Below are positions 37,613 through 48,100 of a stretch of DNA of 64,000 nt, in pieces. The stretch's first letter is position 1; every line of letters begins with the position of its first letter. The position numbers and the translations under genes are program-made. Below the pieces are notes generated by a model. It saw only the letters and a list, made by a program, of their open reading frames with translations. It was not told the DNA's origin and searched no databases. The DNA lies in NCBI GenBank assembly GCA_902799835.1, contig CADCCF010000005.1:58813-122812 (forward strand), written 5' to 3'. The DNA comes from an uncultured Pseudomonadota bacterium (GTDB lineage: Bacteria > Pseudomonadota > Alphaproteobacteria > RF32 > CAG-239).

Positions 37613-40291
37613 ATGAAAAATAGCAATAACGGCAAAAGTAGTAAAGAAACCCCTTTATTGGCACAGTACTTCCGTATCAGACAGGAGTATCCTGATTATT
37701 TGTTGTTTTTTCGTTTGGGTGATTTTTACGAACTTTTTTTTGATGACGCTAAAGTGGCTTCAGCCATTTTAGATATAGCTTTAACCCATCGCGGAACATA
37801 CAAAGATGAAGAAGTTCCCATGTGCGGTGTGCCTTTTCATGCTTGCGAAAGTTATTTGGCAAAGTTGGTTCGCAACGGTAAGAAGGTGGCTATTTGTGAA
37901 CAAACTGAAGACCCCAAAGAGGCCAAAAAACGCGGCTATAAGTCCGTAGTAAATCGCGAAGTTATCCGTTTGGTAACTGCCGGAACTTTAACCGAAGACC
38001 CGTTGCTCAATGCAAAGAGTAACAACTTTTTGATGGGATTTGCAAAAGATGGAGCTTTGCTTGGTGCTGCTTGGATTGATATTTCAACCGGCGAATTTTA
38101 TACTCAATCATTCAATTTAAGCAAAGATCAAGAACTTTCGATTCTTGCTTCATTATTGACTAAATTTGATCCTGCTGAAATTGTAATTGCTGACAGTTAT
38201 GCCCGCGATCCGCAGATTAATAGCTTATTGACTGTCGGTAATCGCCAAGTCAGTATTTGGCCGGATGATCGCTTTAACTTTATCAATGCTGAAATACGTT
38301 TGCAAAAAACATATCAGGTGAACACTCTTTCATCTTTTGGTGATTTTACAAATCCTGAAGTTTGTGCTGCCGGCGCGTTGCTTGATTATATTGAAGTTTC
38401 GCAAAAAGGCAAACTGCCGCTGTTGCAAAATATTTCGCGTTTAACTGCCGGCAGTTTTATGGAAATTGACAATGCTACTCGTCGTTCACTGGAATTAACC
38501 TCATCCTTGAGTAGCGATTCGAAGGCGACTTTGCTCAAAGCCATTGATCGAACAAGCACAGCAGTGGGAGGGCGTTTACTAAATTTTCGTCTTAACAATC
38601 CGTTGAAAGATATATCCGCAATTAACGAACGTTTAGATATGATTGAATTCTTCGTAAAATGTTCAGCGGCGCGGCAAGAGGTAAGGGAGCTATTGCGAAA
38701 TGTTTCCGATATTGAGCGAGCTTTATCACGCCTGATGTTAGGACGTGGTGGTCCTCGAGATGTTGTCAGCATTAAAGATACTTTGGCTTTGATAGCCCCG
38801 TTGCGCAACATTATCCATTTTAAATCAAACATTCCATCATTGGAAGTTACAATTCCTCCGGCGCTGAATCGTGCTATGGAAAATTTAGGTAATCACAATA
38901 ATCTTATCGCTAAGTTGGATGCTGCCTTCGTCGAGAAAAATTTGCCGATACTTGCGCGCGATGGCGGTTTTATCAAGAACGGCTATTCGGCAGCATTGGA
39001 TAATATGCGCGATTTCAAAGAAAATGGCCATAAAAAAATATTGTCAATGCAAGGACAATACATTCAAAATACCGGTATTGAACATCTTAAAATCAAATAC
39101 AACAGTGTAATCGGCTATTTTGTGGAGGTTCCGCTCAAAAATGCCGAACAACTGATGCATAATCCTGAATTTATTTTTCGCCAATCGGTTCTTAATGCAT
39201 CGCGTTATACCACGGCTGAATTAACGGCATTAGAAGATAATGTGCGTTCGGCTGACGAAAAATCATTAGCCATGGAATTAGAAATTTATGAAGAATTAAT
39301 GCAATTTATCAGGGCTTCATCAGATGAAATTATAAAAACATCTCAGGCTTTTGCTGAAATTGATGTGGCAGCCGGATTGGCAACTTTGGCGACGGAATAT
39401 GGTTATTGCCGTCCTGAATTGACCGCAACTAATGATTTTATTGTTAAAATGGGGCGTCATCCGGTAGTAGAACAATCTTTGCGTCGCAACGAAGGAAAAG
39501 AATTTGTTGCCAATGATTGCAATTTGAGCGAAGCCAAAGGCAATTTATGGTTGTTAACCGGTCCCAATATGGCAGGAAAATCAACTTACCTGCGGCAGAA
39601 TGCCATTATTGCAATTATGGCGCAAATGGGATCTTTTGTGCCGGCACAAAGTGCCAAAATCGGTATCATCAATAAGATGTTTTCCAGAGTCGGGGCATCT
39701 GATGATTTAGCTCGCGGTCAATCAACTTTTATGGTTGAGATGGTTGAAACAGCTTCCATTTTGAACAAAGCAGATGAGAGTTCGTTTGTTATTTTGGATG
39801 AAATAGGGCGCGGAACCGCCACTTTTGACGGGCTTTCGATTGCTTGGGCAGTAGTAGAATATTTGCACTCTGTCAATCGATGCCGCACAATTTTTGCAAC
39901 CCATTATCATGAGCTAACCTCGCTTTATGGTAAGTTAAGCAATTTAAGCCTGCATTGCATGCGGGTTAAGGAGTTTAATGGTGATGTTGTATTTATGCAT
40001 GAGATTACCGATGGCGCTGCTGATCGTAGTTATGGTATTCATGTTGCACAACTGGCCGGATTACCTTCCAAAGTAATCAAACGCGCCGGTGTTATTTTGC
40101 ACAATATTGAAAATCAAAATAAAGGTCTGTCGGCTGATGAAATAGCTGAACAACTTCCCTTATTCAATTATGCCAAAGAGCAAACCCAAGCTACCTCAGC
40201 CATAGAGGAGGCAATCAAGCAGCTTAATCCTGATGATTACAGTCCGCGCGAGGCCCTGGCTAAACTTTATGAGCTCAAAAAAATGCTTTAG
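37613..40291 (+). CDS. mutS: DNA mismatch repair protein MutS
   Basis: LFFRLGDFYELF, LTGPNMAGKSTYLRQ, STFMVEM, LDEIGRGT, SYGIHVA. Confidence 0.98.
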   Translation: MKNSNNGKSSKETPLLAQYFRIRQEYPDYLLFFRLGDFYELFFDDAKVASAILDIALTHRGTYKDEEVPMCGVPFHACESYLAKLVRNGKKVAICEQTEDPKEAKKRGYKSVVNREVIRLVTAGTLTEDPLLNAKSNNFLMGFAKDGALLGAAWIDISTGEFYTQSFNLSKDQELSILASLLTKFDPAEIVIADSYARDPQINSLLTVGNRQVSIWPDDRFNFINAEIRLQKTYQVNTLSSFGDFTNPEVCAAGALLDYIEVSQKGKLPLLQNISRLTAGSFMEIDNATRRSLELTSSLSSDSKATLLKAIDRTSTAVGGRLLNFRLNNPLKDISAINERLDMIEFFVKCSAARQEVRELLRNVSDIERALSRLMLGRGGPRDVVSIKDTLALIAPLRNIIHFKSNIPSLEVTIPPALNRAMENLGNHNNLIAKLDAAFVEKNLPILARDGGFIKNGYSAALDNMRDFKENGHKKILSMQGQYIQNTGIEHLKIKYNSVIGYFVEVPLKNAEQLMHNPEFIFRQSVLNASRYTTAELTALEDNVRSADEKSLAMELEIYEELMQFIRASSDEIIKTSQAFAEIDVAAGLATLATEYGYCRPELTATNDFIVKMGRHPVVEQSLRRNEGKEFVANDCNLSEAKGNLWLLTGPNMAGKSTYLRQNAIIAIMAQMGSFVPAQSAKIGIINKMFSRVGASDDLARGQSTFMVEMVETASILNKADESSFVILDEIGRGTATFDGLSIAWAVVEYLHSVNRCRTIFATHYHELTSLYGKLSNLSLHCMRVKEFNGDVVFMHEITDGAADRSYGIHVAQLAGLPSKVIKRAGVILHNIENQNKGLSADEIAEQLPLFNYAKEQTQATSAIEEAIKQLNPDDYSPREALAKLYELKKML

Positions 40292-40296
40292 ATTTT

Positions 40297-40434
40297 TTAA
40301 GCGTCTTGTTGCTCAAAATCTTCTTTGCCAACGCCGCACAAAGGGCAAACCCAATCTTCCGGCAGTTCTTCAAAAGGAATTTTGCCGTCATATACATATC
40401 CGCAAACTTTGCAAACCCAAACTTTATTAGACAT
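40297..40434 (-). CDS. Rubredoxin (short type, 45 aa; below ORF-track cutoff)
   Basis: [45 protein letters not shown]; two CxxC; AAGGAG RBS. Confidence 0.95.
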   Translation of the reverse strand: MSNKVWVCKVCGYVYDGKIPFEELPEDWVCPLCGVGKEDFEQQDA

Positions 40435-40446
40435 CTTTACTCTCCT

Positions 40447-41328
40447 TTAGTTAGTGGATATAATCAATATAATAGTTGCAATCAACAATGTAAATATCCA
40501 CTTTTTGGCAATTTGCTTATAACTTTTCTTTCTACCTAAAAGTTTTTGTATATAATTAATAATCATAATCCAAATAACTGATGTATATATTATAGCTGAA
40601 GTATAAGCAGGATTCGCTGCATAATAAAGCGAAAAATTGACAGTAATCATACTTATTGCAAGTAATATTATGTATAAACCTTTGCGAATATTTTTCCATT
40701 TTATAATTTCTCGGGTTTTTACATTATGCTTTTCAGCCACATATAGATTTACCGAGCCGATAATAAGTCCGGTGACAAATACACGCCATAATGCCGCAGA
40801 TAACAAATGGCCATTAGCATATTCCATTATAATTTTATTACTGGTGTCAATAACAGATGACAAAATCAACAAAGGGAGCATTTGAGTAAAGCATCTTAAC
40901 CCAACCGGATGAGTCCGATATTTAAATGTAGCATAAACTATTGCCACAATCGAACCAATAATCAAAATCGAGCGTCCGGGGGTAGCAAGATAATATGCCC
41001 ACATATAAGGTTTTATCACAAGCCATAGACCAAAGGTAAACAATACGGTCAAAGGTTTAATAGAGCATACTGTTTCGGCACCGAATTTTTGAAAAGCGTG
41101 AAAATACTTTAAATCCACAAAAGAAATGGCTAAACCTTGTATGATAACAAGCGCAAAAAATTGCCATTGAAAATCGTAAGTGATAAAAAATAAAGCCGGA
41201 AGCACAAATGCAGCGGTTATAAATCCGCGATATATTATATATAAGGTCGGTTTTAAACGGCTATTCTGATTACCTACATAATAAAAAGCATTGAACCAAC
41301 TGACTGCCAAAGCGAAGATGAACCACAT
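40447..41328 (-). CDS. DMT/EamA-like membrane transporter
   Basis: ~10 TM helices in two repeats, 293 aa. Confidence 0.7.
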   Translation of the reverse strand: MWFIFALAVSWFNAFYYVGNQNSRLKPTLYIIYRGFITAAFVLPALFFITYDFQWQFFALVIIQGLAISFVDLKYFHAFQKFGAETVCSIKPLTVLFTFGLWLVIKPYMWAYYLATPGRSILIIGSIVAIVYATFKYRTHPVGLRCFTQMLPLLILSSVIDTSNKIIMEYANGHLLSAALWRVFVTGLIIGSVNLYVAEKHNVKTREIIKWKNIRKGLYIILLAISMITVNFSLYYAANPAYTSAIIYTSVIWIMIINYIQKLLGRKKSYKQIAKKWIFTLLIATIILIISTN

Positions 41329-41340
41329 TTTTTATTTTCC

Positions 41341-41538
41341 TTAATAATGGGGAGGAGGGGTTTCTTCCGATAATGGCTTTACCAGATCCTTGTCTATGTT
41401 TTCCAATAGATAACGATTCATTTTTTGCAAATGTTCAATTTGCCGCCCTTGTTCAATAACTACAGTATTTAGTTCCTCAACTGTCTTTTGTAAGTCAGCG
41501 ATTATCATTTCAATATTTATTAAACGATTTTCACACAT
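41341..41538 (-). CDS. slyX: SlyX family protein
   Basis: RLINIEMIIADLQKTVEELNTVVIEQ...EETPPPHY. Confidence 0.9.
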   Translation of the reverse strand: MCENRLINIEMIIADLQKTVEELNTVVIEQGRQIEHLQKMNRYLLENIDKDLVKPLSEETPPPHY

Positions 41539-41764
41539 AAATCCCAACCTGTTATAGTTAAAAAAGTAGCTAAAACATATCATAGCTCGCAGTTTTTGGC
41601 AATAAGCAAATTTTTATTTATTTTGCTGATTTTTAACTGTTATTTAATTTTTTTTATTTATTATAACCAAAGATATATGACTAAAGCGAGGGTTGTTTTG
41701 AGGGATTAAATAGGGTAATATGAAGGTATAAAGCAACCACAAACTTTAATAAAGGAGAGGAACA

Positions 41765-42306
41765 ATGACAATATTTAGTAAAAAAACAGACCAGTCAGGT
41801 CGATCCATGGTAGAGATGTTGGGTGTATTGGCAATTATCGGTGTTTTAAGGCACAAGATCAGATCACCATGTTGTTGATGAACATTCGTACCGCTTATGC
41901 TACATCACCTAACTATGCCGGATTAAATTCTAAAATAGCTATTGAGTACAATTTGGCTCCGCAAGAAATGGCAGCCAGCACAGCAGACACCGGAACATTG
42001 TATGGTGCATTCGGTGGTGAAGTTAAAGTTGGTACTTTAAGTAATTCGACTAACTATTTTTACATTCAAATTAAAGCATTAGGTAAAGAAGCCTGCCGTG
42101 GATTATTGACCTCTGATTGGGGCGCAGATGGTTTGGTTAAAATTGTTGCAGCTGCTTCAGGTGTTGTTCCGGCATCTGGTTGCACCAAAGTTAACGCTGC
42201 CAAACAAACAGGAACATGGTGTACGGCAGATCTTCCGGTAGCCTTATCCGAGGCCGGAACGGTATGTAACGCAGAAACTACGGATTTAACTTGGGTTTAC
42301 TACTAA
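41765..42306 (+). pseudogene. Type IV pilin-like gene with internal deletion/frameshift
   Basis: Frame 1: MTIFSKKTDQSG|RSMVEMLGVLAIIGVL then stop at 41876-41878; frame 2 from 41848: KAQDQITMLLMNIRTAYA... to 42306; the usual SVGGIAGYSKAM-type segment is absent. Confidence 0.8.
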
Positions 42307-42329
42307 TATCTTAAGTATCAGACCTCTCC

Positions 42330-42360
42330 AATCCCTGTCTGTCTCAGACGGGGATTTTTC
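42330..42360 (+). terminator. Intrinsic terminator after pilin
   Basis: AATCCCTGTCTG-tct-CAGACGGGGATT then T tract. Confidence 0.75.
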
Positions 42361-42505
42361 TTACAATCTTATAATTACAGGATTATATAAGAGCGTTGAC
42401 ATTTAAGTACATTTGTTATAAAACTCTCAATAGTTATCAACAAATATTTTTTTCAGCTACTTAACAATATCATTTATGTGTTTGCTTTTATAAGAGGAAC
42501 AGTAC

Positions 42506-42805
42506 ATGAAAAAACTTTTAATTTGTATCAGTCTTGCTTTAACACTGTCTGCTTGCGCCAGCGATCATATTATGCGTTTCAATCTTGACCAACAACAAAG
42601 TATAAATACCACTCCCTCATATGAAGGTAAAAGTCATTTTTTCTTTTGGGGAATGTGGCAAAAGACAAATTATAAATTGATTAATTTATGCCGTGCCAGA
42701 GGTATCAATGCCATCGAAACCCATTGGACATTATATGATTCCTTAATGAATGGATTAACCTTCGGAATTTATGCGCCGGAAAGTTTTTCGATTTATTGTA
42801 ATTAG
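42506..42805 (+). CDS. Bor/Iss family lipoprotein
   Basis: LSAC lipobox; SHFFFWG, LTFGIYAP...IYC. Confidence 0.85.
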   Translation: MKKLLICISLALTLSACASDHIMRFNLDQQQSINTTPSYEGKSHFFFWGMWQKTNYKLINLCRARGINAIETHWTLYDSLMNGLTFGIYAPESFSIYCN

Positions 42806-42845
42806 TTCTTAGATATCTATTCTGCGGGCATAACAGTAAATACTG

Positions 42846-43409
42846 TTATGCTCTTCTTTTAGCTTGTTTGCTGTTTTTATCTTTCAATATTCTTAAGTCA
42901 GAACGGAATTCCATGATGAGTATAATTTGCCAAAACAGGAAGATGACCGTCACAATGTCATCACACATACGATTTTCGATAATATCAACCAGCGCAAAAA
43001 TATACCCCTGTTCCGTCGTCACAAAAAGCATTGCCGTCTCCCATGCAAACATAGTAAATCTTTTATCTACAATCGGGATTAAATTGTTTTTCTCATCATA
43101 AACAATGTTGCGAATGCGCTTTGTTTTATATGCCAAATGTTTTACTACAAACACCAAAATACAAATAAATATTTGCAAAAGAACATTGAGCCATATCCAT
43201 TTTTTATCACAAATATTATGGGGTAATCCGGAAAAATCATAATCATATTTCACCATATTGGGAATATAATCCCAATACATATAATACATAGCAATTTCTA
43301 TAATAAGAACAGAAAAAGCTATGATAATTGACAATAGCGTTCTAAACTTAATACCTCGCAATGTATTGCCTGATATAAGCAGTTTCATAAATTGTATAAA
43401 AGATGACAT
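42846..43409 (-). CDS. Membrane protein (DUF1648-like)
   Basis: WDYIPNMV..YDFSG.P pattern; 4 TM. Confidence 0.6.
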   Translation of the reverse strand: MSSFIQFMKLLISGNTLRGIKFRTLLSIIIAFSVLIIEIAMYYMYWDYIPNMVKYDYDFSGLPHNICDKKWIWLNVLLQIFICILVFVVKHLAYKTKRIRNIVYDEKNNLIPIVDKRFTMFAWETAMLFVTTEQGYIFALVDIIENRMCDDIVTVIFLFWQIILIMEFRSDLRILKDKNSKQAKRRA

Positions 43410-43811
43410 ATTTTCCCCTGTTTTTAATAAGTAATAAGAGCATATTATGGCAGAAAAATAAAAAAAACAAGGAAATGCTTATCTTATGGTAACAACCAAT
43501 CTGAAAGAATACAAAAAATTTTTTTACATTATATTTGTTATTTTTTTAATTGTTCTATTTATAAAATTTTAAATTTTATTATTTATGCTAACAGATTGAA
43601 AAACATAAAACATTGCTTGAATTATATAATAATCAATCTAAAATATATTTAAAAGTTTCTTATCAGTTTAAAAAGGATATCCCTCATGCGTTATGCTCGT
43701 TCTGCCATTACCCAATTAAAACGCTGGTATAAAAAGGTTTTAATTAAATGTGCTTTTTATATTAACATAGAATATGTCTTTATGTAGTTCTGACAGAACA
43801 GGAGAAATGCA

Positions 43812-44867
43812 GTGAGCGAAATTGGAAAAGCACTTAAGCAACTCAAAGAAGATGCTTATCAGGAATATAAAAATGAAGACAAACCAAATAAAAGAGAATC
43901 ATTGTCATATTTTGGTAGATGTATCTCGTATTCATCTGAACTTATCTTCAAAGAAAAAGAAATTATTACTTTTGCAATTTTGCAAATTGTTTGTATAGCG
44001 TTAGGATACTATCTTTGGGTGCAAATGTTAGATTGGATTCCCGAAGAAGTTTGGAAGAGTACCAAAGATTCTGATAGCGGTTCTCCTGCCGACATTGTTT
44101 TGTTATTATGGTCTTTTTTCTGTGTTGGTTTAACAACTTATCCGTTAGGTTTGTTAACTGCTTGCATGGGAGCGGCTCACTTTTTGCATAAAAATGGTGA
44201 AGAATCAACTATAGCCAAATGTTTTCGCATTGTTTTGCCTCGAGCTTGGCCAATATGGGTATTTAGTTGGCTTGACGGTTGGTGGACTGTAAACAGAATT
44301 CTGGAGCGTCTTCCTAAAAAACGCGACCGCATATCTTTATCACAAAAATTAGTCAACGAAGCAATTTATCAGGCATGGAAAATCGCTTCTTTAGGTTTTT
44401 TGTCCGCCTTGATTATCGGGCGAAGTGTAGTGGATAGTTGTAAGGATTCATTAGGTGTTTTAAAAACAAATTTTAAAACAATTTGTCAATTAAGGATCGC
44501 TTATTCTGTTATTTGTTGGATTTTTGGAATAGGTTCCTACGTTGGAGCAATTTTTATGGCTCCTTATATTTTTTCACACATGTCCGGTGATAATGATATG
44601 TATACTTTTTATAAGTTTGTTGGCTTTCCGATGTTGATTGCATTGTTCTTCATTCAGGTGTTTTTCAGACCAATATATATTATATCAGCTTGTCGTATTT
44701 ATTCTGACTATGTACGCGAAAATAATATCAAAATTGAACTACCTAAAGTTTCAAAATTTTCAAGCACAATAATTGCTTTCTTTGTATTAGTTGCAATTAT
44801 TGGTACAGTATTTTTGTACAGAGATGATTTGGGAATTACAGATCTCTTGTCCATTCCATATAAATAG
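43812..44867 (+). CDS. Multi-pass membrane protein, hypothetical
   Basis: 351-aa ORF, GGAG RBS before GTG, several TM helices. Confidence 0.75.
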   Translation: MSEIGKALKQLKEDAYQEYKNEDKPNKRESLSYFGRCISYSSELIFKEKEIITFAILQIVCIALGYYLWVQMLDWIPEEVWKSTKDSDSGSPADIVLLLWSFFCVGLTTYPLGLLTACMGAAHFLHKNGEESTIAKCFRIVLPRAWPIWVFSWLDGWWTVNRILERLPKKRDRISLSQKLVNEAIYQAWKIASLGFLSALIIGRSVVDSCKDSLGVLKTNFKTICQLRIAYSVICWIFGIGSYVGAIFMAPYIFSHMSGDNDMYTFYKFVGFPMLIALFFIQVFFRPIYIISACRIYSDYVRENNIKIELPKVSKFSSTIIAFFVLVAIIGTVFLYRDDLGITDLLSIPYK

Positions 44868-45019
44868 TGGATATTAAATAAAATCCAATTTTTTGAGATG
44901 ACAATTTTAGGTCTAAGAGGGAATAGTGTAGGCTATAAAGAAAAATTTATTTCCAAAGTTAGTAAGTGACATTTTCGGCTCTCTGATATTCGAACAATTG
45001 TAAGCATCACTGTGTTTAT

Positions 45020-45157
45020 CGGCTTTAAAGTCTACCGGCGTATTATCATTCGCTTTTGCCTTGAAGTTAAACCAGTTTTCTCGCAGGTTCGAGCCCTCAG
45101 CTTTCGCTGTTCAACAAAAAAATCCCGCCACAAGTGCAGGATTTGTTTTGTTGGTCG
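45020..45157. other. tRNA-trailing structured element (older, diverged Pro-type copy)
   Basis: CGCTTTTGCCTTGAAGTTAAACCAGTTTTCTCGCAGGTTCGAGCC...terminator-like hairpin...TTGGTCG parallels 49509-49614; left boundary uncertain. Confidence 0.65.
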
Positions 45158-48100
45158 AGCATAATAGCCTCGTTTCGTGCTGAAAATTATGATGAATATA
45201 AGCAGTTAGCCTGTAAAATAGCTGACTTCAAGCAATTAAGAAAATGCTGAATAAGGAAAGAATTTTATAAAAAAGTACTAATATTCGGAAATTATTCGGT
45301 AAGGATTTCAGAATTGCTTTTTCGAAATTTTTTGACAAAATTGACAAGATGTGATAATATGATGTTATATTATTTTTAACCTTTTTTTCTATAAAATACC
45401 TACAAGGGAGAAGATATATGGCTGTTAGAACAAGAACAAAAGGTATATCTTTGGACACATTTAAGGGTATAAAAAAAGAGAATGAAGAACAAGCCGTCCA
45501 AGATATTAAATTATTTATAGAATCTATTTCAGACGATTGGAGTCACGATAATGAATACGCTTGTGAAAAAGCGTATAGTATTTTAACAAATTTTACTATT
45601 GAACATCCCAATTTAGCAGAAAAAACTCTTCCTTTATTTAAGGAAGTTGCAATGAAAAGCGGTGGTATGGGAACTCAGTATTATTGGGGTTATCCTTTTA
45701 ATAAATTGTCCGAGTTAATGGAAAAAGTTCCTGATAATATCAAACCTCTTGTCTTAAATGCGTTTAAAGAAGTAAGAGATACACCAATCGCTGAAAAAAA
45801 TACAACAGCAAAAAGAGTAGCATTATCAAAACTTACAAGCATGTTTAAGGTAGATAGTCCACATAATGAGCAAATAATAGATATATTAACCCACATCAAT
45901 GGAAATGACAGAACACGTGCACTATTATACGTTCCTTCTGCTATTGTTCCTCAATTTGCACAAGAGATGCTAGATATTGCAACCAAAAGTTCTCAAGCTA
46001 CCTTGGCATTAACAATTGCGACTTTATGTCCGGATATGACGGATAAAGCACTGGATGTTTTTGATAATATTAACAATAATTCAGATAAAATTGGTCATTT
46101 TTATGATGAAATATCAAAAGCAATTTTAAACAAACCAGAATTAACTGAAAGATTATTAAAATCGTATAAGATTCTTTTTTCAAAACCTAATGAATACAAG
46201 ATGGGGCTAGATGGATTTATATACCTTTCAAAAATAGCCGAAGAGCAACCTTTATTTCATGAAGAAATTTACGATATAATATGTACAGGATTAAAAAATC
46301 CGAGTATTGATGATGATTGTCAGAAAAAATATGCATATTCTGCTCTTGAAAAGGTTGCCTTATCAACTCCTGATTTGGCTTATAAAGTTCTAGATATATT
46401 TGCTGTAGAACTGCAATCAGATAAGATGGACGAAAAAAACTTTAAGCAAATAATAGACAGTATAATCAAAATTAGCGAACTACAACCCTCATTAAACAAC
46501 AAGGTTTTCGAGCTTTCTAAATCCCTTTATGATGCAAATGAATCTTATGCATCAAGTAGACTGATGTCCAAATGTATTCAAAATAATCCTAATTTAGCAA
46601 ATAGTGCTATTGAAGTTTTAGAAAAAAATAGTACAGAAACTCAAGGTTCATTAATTGCAACACATCGCGTAATTAACACAATTGCTAGTGCAAACGAAAA
46701 TGTATCACTTGAAATTTTAAGGATCTTAAAAAAGACATTAAAATCTCCTTATAATGACAGTTATACTTTAGAGCCTACTTATAAAGCATTGCAGACAATA
46801 TCAAAAAACAATCCCAAATTAACAAAAGATGCTCTTTCCTTATATAAAAGCAGCCTACATGGATATGTTAGTGATTCAGAGTTACGACAAGGTTATAGAT
46901 TTGCCACAGATATATTGCTAAATAGCCCTGAATATACCTCTGGAGCTATAGATCTTTTTAATACAGCTTTAATGTCTACTTCTAGTCGAATATATGAAGA
47001 TGATACTTTTAAATTTGCCTATAAGTGTTTAAGTCAATTAATAAAAGAAAGGCCCAATCTTCAGCAAGAATTATTTGATTCTTTTAAACTTGGACTGCAA
47101 AATAAAAGAAATAATGCAGCATCTTTAGATACAGCTTATGAACAATTAGCGTTAATACTTGATTCACAACCTCAATTAGCAAAAAAATGTGTTGAAGTAA
47201 TTGATATAGGCGTTCAATCTTCTAAAAATGAATTTTATTCTTTGCAACGTGCAACAGAAATTCTAAAATATATAGCTAAAGACCATCCAGAACTGGCTAG
47301 TGATATTCTCAATACAAGTAAACATTTAACAAAAGATCATAACCTGCCACTTTATAAAGCCTGTATGAAGCATTTGCCATTAGAAGAAACAATTGCTAAG
47401 CACCCTGAAATTGAACAGGACTTGCGAGTAGCTCATAAAGCAAGATTTGCTAACGATCATGAATTTGAATATGCTTTAGGTAACTATGATAAAGAAACTT
47501 TAATTGAGACAAATATCTTTTCAGCACAACAACGTGTCATGAATATTTTATTTTCCACATCGGCACAAGAGGCCGGAATCAGTAAAGAAGACGCTTTAAA
47601 CTTCCGTAAACCAGATGCTCCGAATGCTGTAACAGATTATATGGCATCAAATCAAGATTGGTTAATACCGGCAAGTTTTAAGGGGGCTGCTATTTTTAAG
47701 GAATATTTCCCAGCATATATTAAAACAATTCAAAATCATAATCAAAAAAATCCAGAGGATAAAATATCTATCCACGATGCGGTATATTGGTTACCGGAAC
47801 CAATGAATAAAGAAGCAAATGCTCGTTTTTCAAAATTTATTCAGAGAAATATAGTTTATCAAAATGCAGAACACAAAAATGTGCATCGACCATTTAATGA
47901 ATTAGCTATGATCTCAAGAAATTGGCAAGCCGTTGAAAAAAAACTAGCTCAGGCAGATGAAAATTCTGATATTACTAAACTTAAATATAATGATATTTTA
48001 TCAATCTGTATGAGTGTCCGATATGAAGATCAACGCAATGATGCTTTTGCGGTAGAAGCAGCAAAACATGGTGTGCCTGAAGAAAATTATCATAATTGTG

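Noticed and set aside
40233-40539. Plus-strand ORFs 40233..40430 and 40306..40539
   Set aside because: Shadows of the minus-strand rubredoxin
43686-43787. 33-aa ORF with possible RBS upstream of membrane gene
   Set aside because: No recognisable motif; cannot distinguish from chance
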